A stretch of 64,000 nt of DNA from a virus: the IMG/VR virus record IMGVR_UViG_3300037805_000894; one strand, 5' to 3'. Of this stretch, positions 58,501-63,742 are shown piece after piece; position 1 is the first letter of the stretch; every line of letters starts with the position of its first letter. Position numbers and translations under genes: made by a program. The notes below the pieces were generated by a model. The model worked only from the letters and a program-made list of their open reading frames with translations, was not told the DNA's origin and ran no database searches.

Positions 58501-58918
58501 TACTGTTACAGCTATAAACACTGCTACGCCGATAGCTGTAGACGGTACATATATAGTTCCTGCAGGTACTAGTTTAGATATGGTTATGGAGATAACCGCA
58601 CCATTAAATGATGCCACAAACTTTAGACAGGGTTGGTATCCAACAGTTATTATTTTCTCAAACGAGGCCGACCCTGTAACTATAGATCTTTATTTTCACA
58701 ATGAGCCCGCTGCACCAGAGCCACCTGCATGGGCACAAGACGGCGACGATAACTACTGCAATTGCTGTATAGGTAAGGGGACTCCTTATGTATACTGTGA
58801 CGATACCATCACCGAGGCGGATTGCTATGCTGTAGGAGGATCTCCTTATTCTTTCGAATGTGAAGCAAACGGATCTATGGGGTCACTGCCCTACGAAGAA
58901 GAGGAGGGGTACAAATAA
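49511..58918 (+). CDS. Giant multidomain baseplate/adhesin protein (GH-like barrel, wedge domain, Cys-rich segment, Ig-like repeats)
   Basis: SVRLPMSWNVWE...LKVVPVLW (clan GH-A-like), MWAMLPDFW...YQNFG...GLWNG (wedge-like), TGACC Cys-rich block, and repeated F-x-I/V-x-N-x-G motifs typical of ASH/choice-of-anchor-D Ig domains. Confidence 0.65.
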   Translation: MANSELTTTFLPPLVEHAERLYYGIDGEKYNFNGIEDTETFDEYLEKYIRPYAEHLAWVDGVTSVRLPMSWNVWEYDYTEGNAIDGVTVNEDRLYRKRLAEILRILAETNLKVVPVLWSGHTNLSGYFYPLSILSKCEFEGIRYEAAVDRELFEWTNGLDVIVTDRDFDSLSYTYWTGSAITISSDTQTHWGQNNPSTNNVAVIDNTDATYDYIAGEAPFISPLFLNSLKLPSEVPAQFLFNVRADQDTELECIISTIGESGLSYYWTGKYWSLEDDGIIPSVLIAVNTSMRQQRGVWFETSGDSLTGNYTLKIKPADENRKIAFNKIGLYLCGSEPDIRNYFCPRNTSEDDYALPIDMIKSSNGYRGQLTINEEIVPPFESYRNAVTLPNPGSYRINNYEAFFSSTYEDVAITGLNNLDINGASYYITDILETLGNAITEHNLTVEAIDIFEYPFAINRPLFSDRESACLINFIQKTADEVKNHASYVGTPLMLSGKSPEVFSGRFCQVKDNGPTLKPFTWLKHRKHPVTHASQYGMDTGSGLAEYNVFYPDSNESSPLVTDFELGDYQSINFKSLENSNTAYNLKFWDVPDKEVISVASPSGIPYETQHHLKHNWEEGLLDDISAIGLYCGYDSSYNVSELPYPISALSSIGYANKWTNTPTIISALEVGCIEKEDYFARDVWFFREHWNAYYTNEGSTATEGFYVNPVSSFTNQEYIPIHIGDPLKKGYIIYDTNRKLFAYNTEKIDDVLIEKSYEYLNFIEYNLVAGGARVYPSHISLPLQFEANKTFIFGGIPLDTTAFDNDPSTSLVKRSIANIQGNTLDLVWSPKDVKTNAEYAIDNTDTVITVFSFDAVEGSLGLLTKDSSFEVTLKEGEIRILKRESKEALQQRVEGDWDHMWAMLPDFWTTHFEDLPAISEMWGGLADVASNMLSNLYQYDLAKSIQLAPPEIIASNETLPITDASYLSTSSYDFFNGVDTSAQFMIADSVKSIPLLQKKVNEEGDIFKENEDYEIKDGKLYFKDNVISTSSTSVLFAPWISYDESIIYQNFGVFLDFKKPESMQYKEAVMAGLYGLWNGHTLNVFKLICDAIAGFPLIPYRGRVKFINNTNTLLSLIIEDQFGNERTIEIPAVFAPSTERPIIVRTGLTSQVTVTNAKELMNLNLFSLAPASNAFDVYDRKTKPEKIESLAKVLRKQRIGLYNTTIGELDANSIDKVGELYEKLGWGSRNEMYDDLFHIIEQVRGQYHLFQFLIAQRPIEEALIKEKKPDMAVTLHVEPTFDHNMYNYMHSGSDWVLKERQESALHVAPNLEITKEGAERNKFNPNEARTQGQTYKKINTDELIEDKDTVYASLGGKGLEDGSKSGWTLGFDRIKAAAGRVFKFFPSFNKASQDIHASGWGNFIYDIPEQRNIGIEPMTTWESDRSGLSLFNHYGTSGNGEWYASLHRKTSDFITGFEQHFEYPQKDDDVMPLQIRTKLGSDAEGTTVSISEGLTVLTRVRPRHKGILFELSGEIGYETEPTIYTGACCIPIGGAVCAPCSPPIGGDHIGITGCDENGYTCVDTPPFIYFNGPKNWCAAQNGSFLGNGSIAANNTSCDVTTAKCCGDDRVNFNHSGKHCNQPYGHCSDPHPCNEWYQEYCECRTGVFIANEDCFPAHNCVSPVAPGPCCGEVEEEEEEQPPKVGNTPDHINEGGGVDANETISVYWTDEQGTEISSGAFTVGKTYTLAIQYELIDEGVALPEQGISGFIALDSLFNLNLPDTEAGQPGVSFTFNNVGDLSATPLTFTPQTGLSSYVNTITLVDSDGVKINSEVLTYNEIPINLNITLNSADITPSVDNISLGSLIEGGDIESTVFTVDNTGTAQGSFTIDDSALSAFTLVAYGGETTLDESGGLNSSATYTIEFDPFTKEGPYSEVLTINAEGDTPVSHIYLSANVSASNYVLIINGGNDLIVDVEENTTTDFPFNIQNSNTSDGVVSFTFDIRNFENPFGHYGESELMLYQGATPWDHTVSQALAIGETLSLTLKAVFGEITANSTFSLRLAATTTNGDLGDLGTQLIQTSVQDITPQLSLRTNSSAYYADLNETREIWESFEITNEGLFDATVTLEAEPPGRPAWAADWHDVNQVILTDTYTLLPGETIYCVGKFTPADDPNLSTIGDQQIYNVSILSDTNLADFTVAWGGEVTTDPRAILNISPSAIDRYTFIGLGNEYFRQNIVGDNTFSYATDDITFDNDSIGDAGNIDVYGDISIVDTQNELTLNGSAAISLADENISDTRTFTFVPINNYSVDTLPTSLFEIINVGTGHLTADGPFISPDNVPFLINPVWGPVLSIHSPDLNTFTVAETDPPTKSAAHKKDTAKRVIQDTFNLGTIASNAGTVDKTFSIINTGGGALSGTVTLDSSAQNLTILSGGAFTDLENGASAHDVTIRLTVPAENTTLLEGVNITCTTGEEGYKRGVVTIQATIEPLVESLIWEKYPSFGGTREEPESVITTTNTLRNIGNVDIAYNITIGQNSLDFGVAASSPISGTLIPDATQVIDFEGLAPANDTEASVNYTAEVDHGFNAEGKHITTFTTLVKPAGYSFTITNVPSIGNAGAARLGYTFPNIQTGTLINTGQKTIWAHLDSYDPESHNVAVSPSAADYLPNGHVEVVVGASLVFTTDYIPKHIPIGDARSRVHASLYTQDNSNLLNSAQHTYVAGGRIITDFPKLVLKNEGSYYAENTPDPDAFNIFNVEPGWTYSQDPIDPNYRIILLKNNPIEWAIANTIKFTAIDIHNNVNNEAVWFLSSTEISDTYYTKTALHTEPWYSGEPSYDLPVSYSMIRPKIDATATGIQWFYLEDTNAALLNTDLRHINFHRPGIYRLRTGNNTGPGDMAKEAFRLHDIFDALVHNFDINNPSTHLHHYTGTVVIKRREIGGPSEYRITGRLVDAAGTVKDPVCDGGTYYIPIKMKNTGAAYPLRIVDNRYNVEVYGSTAATSFYPCIITELPNTPTERFTVTAINTATPIAVDGTYIVPAGTSLDMVMEITAPLNDATNFRQGWYPTVIIFSNEADPVTIDLYFHNEPAAPEPPAWAQDGDDNYCNCCIGKGTPYVYCDDTITEADCYAVGGSPYSFECEANGSMGSLPYEEEEGYK

Positions 58919-58927
58919 CCCGCATCC

Positions 58928-59125
58928 TTATTTAATATCTTCGTAAGCTTTCAATGCTACGATCTCAGTGCCGTTATCTCTAACACGGTCTTCGAGTATT
59001 TGTAGCGTCACGCGTTGGTTTTCGACCTGAGATGCAATTTTTTCAAGCCGTTTATTCATTACTAGTAGCTCTGAATCAAACTTGCGTGTGGGGTTAAATA
59101 AGTTTTTTATTTTTTCTAGTATCAT
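58928..59125 (-). CDS. Small coiled-coil hypothetical protein
   Basis: 65-aa ORF with a heptad pattern. Confidence 0.45.
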   Translation of the reverse strand: MILEKIKNLFNPTRKFDSELLVMNKRLEKIASQVENQRVTLQILEDRVRDNGTEIVALKAYEDIK

Positions 59126-59131
59126 TTTTAC

Positions 59132-59153
59132 AAAAAGGGGGAGTTCAACCCCC
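59132..59153 (-). terminator. Terminator after the lysozyme gene
   Basis: GGGGG-7 nt-CCCCC stem followed by TTTTT on the - strand. Confidence 0.6.
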
Positions 59154-59163
59154 AGGTGAAGAC

Positions 59164-59673
59164 TCAGTATAACTGAGCCTTCACCTTCTTCCAGTACTTT
59201 TTAGTACTGGTTTTCAACGGCCCCCTTGGGCCGCCATTGTGCGTCCGGGCGATTGTCGCCCAATCACCCTCCTCCCAGGCCTGGGGACAGTATCGCCCCA
59301 TGTACGCGGAGATTATCTTCTCCGCATACATCTTGTCCCGGCAGTCTTGGTAGACTCCCGAGCCAACTTTGGCCACCGCATCTTGCCAATAAGCAAGATG
59401 GATCTGGTAAGGTCCTATGGCCTTACCGTCATCCCCATCGGGGGGTGTTAGCGATCCACTCGCCTCCACCTCCCATAAGGCCTCCAAGAAGGCCTCATGT
59501 GTTACCTGTGTCACCTGTGGTGCCTGGGTGGGCCACGCCACCTGTGTTGCCTGTGTTGGCCCCACTAGCATGGACACAAGAAAACCTGTGGCTATGCCCA
59601 GTGCGTATAAGATGAGGCCAAACCTCAGCTTCTGCCGCTTCAGTGAGCGGAATTTTGGGAAGAATACTTCCAT
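59164..59673 (-). CDS. Lysozyme-fold protein (invertebrate-type/destabilase-like) with N-terminal membrane anchor
   Basis: AAGGAGG RBS, hydrophobic FGLILYALGIATGFLVSMLV, then ALWEVEASG, GDDGKAIGPYQIHLAYWQDA, AYMGRY, ARTHNGGPRG, YWKKV. Confidence 0.8.
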   Translation of the reverse strand: MEVFFPKFRSLKRQKLRFGLILYALGIATGFLVSMLVGPTQATQVAWPTQAPQVTQVTHEAFLEALWEVEASGSLTPPDGDDGKAIGPYQIHLAYWQDAVAKVGSGVYQDCRDKMYAEKIISAYMGRYCPQAWEEGDWATIARTHNGGPRGPLKTSTKKYWKKVKAQLY

Positions 59674-59722
59674 TTTTTACCTCCTTGGTAAACGTTTACA
59701 CCAGCGAATTGCTGGATATTTA

Positions 59723-59753
59723 TTTATACCAAAAAAAGAGATCTAAATTTAGC
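59723..59753 (-). promoter_or_regulatory. Repeated phage promoter motif, copy 1
   Basis: GCTAAA-17 nt-GGTATAAA on the - strand, upstream of the lysozyme gene. Confidence 0.7.
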
Positions 59754-59781
59754 AAAAAAGCCGAGTCCAATTAAGGACCCA

Positions 59782-59846
59782 ATTTATAAAAGTAAAAAGA
59801 TTAATATATTTATAAAAGTAAAAAGATTAATATATTTATAAAAGTA
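59782..59846. repeat. 26-bp AT-rich tandem repeat, 2.5 copies
   Basis: ATTTATAAAAGTAAAAAGATTAATAT twice, plus ATTTATAAAAGTA. Confidence 0.9.
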
Positions 59847-59864
59847 GTTTCTTGTTTTAGTCAT
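59784..59864 (-). CDS. 26-aa hydrophobic micro-ORF (MTKTRNYFYKYINLFTFINILIFLLL)
   Basis: AAGGAG RBS, TAATG-coupled to the upstream micro-ORF; below the ORF track cutoff. Confidence 0.45.
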   Translation of the reverse strand: MTKTRNYFYKYINLFTFINILIFLLL

Positions 59865-60007
59865 TATTTCTCCTTAGATGACTTTTTAGGGAATAAAAGA
59901 AGTTGTTGACCTTCTTTCTTTTTAGTTTTTGATATATCCTCGTTTAACATCTTTGGTAAATACTTTTCGATAAGAGCACTGATATGTTGGGGGGCGGACT
60001 CTTTCAT
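59864..60007 (-). CDS. 47-aa basic micro-protein (MKESAPQHISALIEKYLPKMLNEDISKTKKKEGQQLLLFPKKSSKEK)
   Basis: AAAGGAG RBS and promoter copy 2 directly upstream; below the ORF track cutoff. Confidence 0.65.
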   Translation of the reverse strand: MKESAPQHISALIEKYLPKMLNEDISKTKKKEGQQLLLFPKKSSKEK

Positions 60008-60052
60008 GTTAACTCCTTTGTTAAATGTACGTAAACATTTTGCTTACATTCT

Positions 60053-60082
60053 TTTATGCCTAGTAAAGCTGTCTTTTTTAGC
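60053..60082 (-). promoter_or_regulatory. Repeated phage promoter motif, copy 2
   Basis: GCTAAA-16 nt-GGCATAAA. Confidence 0.7.
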
Positions 60083-60241
60083 AAAAAGAAATTTCAATAT
60101 AATGTGTGTAATTTATCAAAGCGATCAACTTTGTTAAAAGGTTACCTATTTAACTAGGAAGGAGAATACCTTAAATTAACAGCCATTACCTTACCAAACT
60201 AGTATTTGTAAGTTAATGAAATTTCTACTCATTTCTGAGTA
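60083..60241 (-). ncRNA. Candidate structured non-coding RNA
   Basis: Downstream of promoter copy 3 with no credible ORF. 5' hairpin, 10-bp closing stem (60217-60226 with 60087-60096) and a U tract. Confidence 0.4.
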
Positions 60242-60245
60242 TTAA

Positions 60246-60275
60246 TTTATACCTAGTAAAACTGTATTTTTTAGC
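60246..60275 (-). promoter_or_regulatory. Repeated phage promoter motif, copy 3
   Basis: GCTAAA-16 nt-GGTATAAA. Confidence 0.7.
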
Positions 60276-60322
60276 AAAAAAGAGAGGCCACATAAAATGC
60301 AATCTCTCTCAAGGAGCCTCTG

Positions 60323-60685
60323 TTAACGCTTGATGTTAACTACCCCACCTACCTTTGCAAAGGTGTTAATAAGCTGTATTTCCAGCTTAGTGCGCTTGCG
60401 GCGTTTATACCTTTTATTGGCAGGAATAGGTGGGTTCACCAGCCCTACCGCTTCCGCCATCTTGATAGACGTAATGGGAATAGTGTTCCCCTCTGATAAG
60501 AGGGTGGCTTCTGTATGAAGCTCCGCATCGGCTAACAAACTCAGCAGCTCCCTGCCTTCAGCAGCCTCGGCAAGGGTCACCTCGAAGGTACCCTTCTTTA
60601 AAGCTTGGTGAATAGCTGTGTAGTGGGAACTACACAACCCTCGTGTCTTGGCTGCTTTACTGCAGCCCTTAAATTTACATTTCAT
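60323..60685 (-). CDS. Hypothetical protein with N-terminal CCCH-type Zn finger
   Basis: CKFKGC...RGLCSSHY, AGGAG RBS, promoter copy 4 upstream. Confidence 0.65.
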   Translation of the reverse strand: MKCKFKGCSKAAKTRGLCSSHYTAIHQALKKGTFEVTLAEAAEGRELLSLLADAELHTEATLLSEGNTIPITSIKMAEAVGLVNPPIPANKRYKRRKRTKLEIQLINTFAKVGGVVNIKR

Positions 60686-60734
60686 GTTGTGTCTCCTAAA
60701 AGGAAAAGTATCAGACAGAAGAGCCTGATACTAT

Positions 60735-60763
60735 TTTATACCTAGTATATGTATTTTTTTTAA
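60735..60763 (-). promoter_or_regulatory. Repeated phage promoter motif, copy 4
   Basis: TTAAA-16 nt-GGTATAAA; shares TACTAGG with copies 2 and 3. Confidence 0.6.
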
Positions 60764-62589
60764 TGCGTATCTGCCCAATTACTGCCTACCTTATACTCAC
60801 CTGTCATAGGGCAATCTAAGCCTAATATATCAGTAGTATCTTCTATGCATTTCACAGCTATACGTCCTACCTCATCGGCAAGATCTTCCCTAGCTTGTAT
60901 CTGTACTTCATCATGTATATGCCCTACTTGTTGTACCTCTTTAGGTGTCCAGCCTCGTTTGGTGAATTCGGCGTCCATTAAAACAGTAGCTTGTTTCATG
61001 ATTACCGCACCAGCTGATTGAAGTAATACATTAAGCGCAGCATGCATAGCTCTAATAGGCAAAGGCCTACCATCTAAGCCACGGATATATCCACGACGAT
61101 TAACAGTAATTTCCACTTCTTTCATAAGCTTCTTTAAGCCTGGTAAAGTTTCAAAGAATTTCTTTTTAATCTTTTTACCATCAACAGCAGTACCTCCCAT
61201 AATACTACCGATCTTGGCGTCACCTGCGCCATAATTAAGAGCATAGATAAAAGTCTTAGCTTGGTCTCTAGTGTCAAGACCAGCTGCTTTTTGATTAGCT
61301 GTATGAATGTCTCCACCCAATACCTCTTTTACATAAGTACCTTGATCCCATTTATACGTATAATGAGCTAAGCACCTTAACTCCAAGCCAGAGGCATCAC
61401 AACCTATTAATTTATAACCCTCAGGCACAACAAAGAGCGATCTGCACTCTTTACCATATGGAGCACGTATAGCAGGCACTTGACCCATGTTTGGATTTGA
61501 ATGGCTACATCTTCCAGTAACTGTACCGTTGTGATTAATACGGCCATAAATACGCCCATCTTTTACAGACTTAAGCCATGCTTTTGCGCCATCAGCTAAC
61601 TGCCCTAAACGTTTAGTAATCATTAGGTATTCTCTGAATAAAGCTACTTCAGGATAATCTAAGTCTTTAAGAGTCTCCTCATCAATCTTAGGCTTACCTG
61701 TTGCTGTTTTTTCAGTAGGCTTCCAATTGTATTTCGCCATTAAAACAGCGGCTACTTGATCTCGGCTACCTGGATTAAAAGGTGCTGTCTTGGCTTTAAA
61801 AGGACCTGGTTTTAAACTACCTCTAATGCTCTTAGGAGCAGAGCCTTTGTTAGTATATCTAGTATCGAAGAAGCCTTGATCGTCTAACCAATATTCGGGC
61901 GTTTTAAGATAAGTTACTATAGGAGGAAAGCTCTCCTCCAAGTTATATTGAATATCCTTTTTCTTTCGCAATAAAACTTGATGTAGTTCTTGGGCTGCCT
62001 CCCAATCGAAATGCCACCCATGGGCCATTTGTTTTTCCAAGACCCTAAAAAAGGCATGCTCTAACTGACAAGCTTGTTCCGGTATATCCCTTAGGTGTTC
62101 CCAAAGCTTTAGATTAACTATCGTATCCTGTACGCAATACAAACCCATTTCTTCTGAGTAATTAGTCCAATCACTATTTTTACCAAAGTCACCTTTAGCC
62201 TCATCTAAACGATGGCCCCATGCTTCTAAACCGTGTCGTCCCCATAACTTAGAAGGAATACGCCTTTCCTCTTCGTCCTCATTAAATACATCACTATGCT
62301 CTACACGAGCCATAATCAAAGTATCTCTCACAAGACCCTTAGGCCTCCACTCAGGATAAATCTTTTGAATAGCTGGTATATCAAAATTAATAATATTATG
62401 TCCTACTATAGTATGAGCATTAGCTACGATATCTAAACCTTCTTCGATTCTATCAGGACCGAAGAGCTCAGATTCGCCATTTTCTAATACCACAGCAATA
62501 CAATGTACCTTAGTCATTGAGGGTATGAGTCCATCGCTTTCAATATCGAAAACAAGGGTTTTATCTTTTACATTTTCAAGCGTAATCAT
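60760..62589 (-). CDS. polA: Family A DNA polymerase with 3'-5' exonuclease (T7 gp5-like)
   Basis: FDIESDG, GHNIINFD, YCVQD (exo I-III); TVTGR, DASGLELR, RDQAKTFIYALNYG, LQSAGA, IHDE. ATG at 62589 preferred as start. Confidence 0.95.
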   Translation of the reverse strand: MITLENVKDKTLVFDIESDGLIPSMTKVHCIAVVLENGESELFGPDRIEEGLDIVANAHTIVGHNIINFDIPAIQKIYPEWRPKGLVRDTLIMARVEHSDVFNEDEEERRIPSKLWGRHGLEAWGHRLDEAKGDFGKNSDWTNYSEEMGLYCVQDTIVNLKLWEHLRDIPEQACQLEHAFFRVLEKQMAHGWHFDWEAAQELHQVLLRKKKDIQYNLEESFPPIVTYLKTPEYWLDDQGFFDTRYTNKGSAPKSIRGSLKPGPFKAKTAPFNPGSRDQVAAVLMAKYNWKPTEKTATGKPKIDEETLKDLDYPEVALFREYLMITKRLGQLADGAKAWLKSVKDGRIYGRINHNGTVTGRCSHSNPNMGQVPAIRAPYGKECRSLFVVPEGYKLIGCDASGLELRCLAHYTYKWDQGTYVKEVLGGDIHTANQKAAGLDTRDQAKTFIYALNYGAGDAKIGSIMGGTAVDGKKIKKKFFETLPGLKKLMKEVEITVNRRGYIRGLDGRPLPIRAMHAALNVLLQSAGAVIMKQATVLMDAEFTKRGWTPKEVQQVGHIHDEVQIQAREDLADEVGRIAVKCIEDTTDILGLDCPMTGEYKVGSNWADTH

Positions 62590-62614
62590 TAAAGTATTAT
62601 ACCCACTTAAAGGC

Positions 62615-62647
62615 AAAAAAATAGAGAGAAGTATTAACCTCTCCCTA
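62615..62647 (-). terminator. Rho-independent terminator
   Basis: TAGGGAGAGGT-taat-ACTTCTCTCTA (with G-U pairs) followed by a T run on the - strand. Confidence 0.65.
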
Positions 62648-62652
62648 GTGAA

Positions 62653-63228
62653 CTAAGCTTCTGCTAGTTCTTTATCACGTTTAAAATCCTTCTGCAGTTT
62701 AAACTCTTTGTATACATCAGGGTCTATAAGTAACCGTCTTCTATTAAAGTATGTCTTAACGGCTTGATCGCGGCACTCGCAATATGAGCCGTAGGAAATA
62801 CCTAGCTCATCCATCAGCCTCTGCATTTCATCATCGTCTAACTCCTCGAAAGCTCCTCGCATTAGCTGCTTATAAGCGAAGTTAGGATGCATGTTTATTA
62901 TATTCGCTAATACATTTAAAGCTTCTGTATCGTTTGTCATGAAATTTAAAACCGTCATCATTACTAGCCCTTCGGCCTCGAAATCTGATTTAATTAAATA
63001 GTAGATGTTCTCGCCACCTACTGTTCTATTTTTTTCGCATTTATCAAGTAAATGATTAACGCGTTTTGTTAATTGTGCTGTTTGCATTTTATTAAAAGAA
63101 AAGGGTAAAAGAGCCAGAGGTTTTAAGTCCCTCTGGCAAGACTCTTGATTTTTTTTACTAAAGGAGGTAAAGTAGGAGAGAGAATCTCCCTCAATTTTAA
63201 TGAAAAAGCTATCAAGATCTTTCATCAT
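62653..63228 (-). CDS. Hypothetical protein
   Basis: 191-aa ORF followed by a terminator. Confidence 0.6.
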   Translation of the reverse strand: MMKDLDSFFIKIEGDSLSYFTSFSKKNQESCQRDLKPLALLPFSFNKMQTAQLTKRVNHLLDKCEKNRTVGGENIYYLIKSDFEAEGLVMMTVLNFMTNDTEALNVLANIINMHPNFAYKQLMRGAFEELDDDEMQRLMDELGISYGSYCECRDQAVKTYFNRRRLLIDPDVYKEFKLQKDFKRDKELAEA

Positions 63229-63255
63229 TAAAATAAAAACTACTTTGAGGCGAGG

Positions 63256-63412
63256 GGAAAAAGATTAGTAGTATGTCCAACAATGCTGAGTACAGCATTA
63301 GATTATCAAACGCTATTCATAGGCATTATGTTTAATCTTGTCAGGAATATTAAGCATTGCTGACGTAACCACTAATCTTTACAGGCATGTTGCTTGTGCA
63401 ACCTTTATCTGA
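63256..63412 (-). ncRNA. Candidate structured non-coding RNA or leader
   Basis: Downstream of promoter copy 5 with only tiny ORFs. 5' hairpin, 13-bp closing stem (63368-63380 with 63260-63272) and internal hairpins. Confidence 0.45.
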
Positions 63413-63418
63413 TACTTA

Positions 63419-63449
63419 TTTATACCTATAAAAGTACCTATTTTTTAGT
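63419..63449 (-). promoter_or_regulatory. Repeated phage promoter motif, copy 5
   Basis: ACTAAA-17 nt-GGTATAAA. Confidence 0.65.
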
Positions 63450-63520
63450 GCACCTATCTCTTACACTTATATAAAGAGCAGCAGCTAATGCTGCTGGTAT
63501 GCAGATGAGAAAGAAAGGCA

Positions 63521-63742
63521 TTATTTGCCCGGGCAGTAAATAACGTAACCCATCCCTAGTTGATCAGACTCGTAAGGCACTGGGCTGGCGAAATCCGCCA
63601 CATTTTCTACCTGAATGGCGGGACATTCTTCTCCCATCATACCTCTACCCGAGTAATGGAATACATCGTATCCCGCACTCATAGCGGCTATAATAAATTT
63701 ATGTTGCGGGGAAGACAACGTATCTAAACGAACTTCTGTCAT
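63521..63742 (-). CDS. Small hypothetical phage protein (YSGRGMMGEECP motif)
   Basis: AGGAG RBS, 73 aa, followed by hairpin AGCAGCA-5 nt-TGCTGCT. Confidence 0.7.
   Translation of the reverse strand: MTEVRLDTLSSPQHKFIIAAMSAGYDVFHYSGRGMMGEECPAIQVENVADFASPVPYESDQLGMGYVIYCPGK

Noticed and set aside
59782-59846. Mini CRISPR array
   Set aside because: The repeats are directly adjacent with no spacers.
60219-60241. AATTTCTACT resembling a Cas12a repeat (possible RNA anti-CRISPR)
   Set aside because: It lacks the downstream GTAGAT half of the repeat stem and lies on the strand opposite the local promoter.
926-61316. Numerous 60-180 aa ORFs antisense to or nested in long genes (e.g. 24701..25252 +, 34495..34911 -, 54299..54703 -, 59226..59615 +)
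   Set aside because: They are shadows of well-supported genes and have no RBS or recognisable motifs.
63256-63412. tRNA gene or hammerhead ribozyme
   Set aside because: No T-loop GTTC or CCA end, and no CUGAnGA/GAAA core found. Kept only as an unclassified structured RNA candidate.
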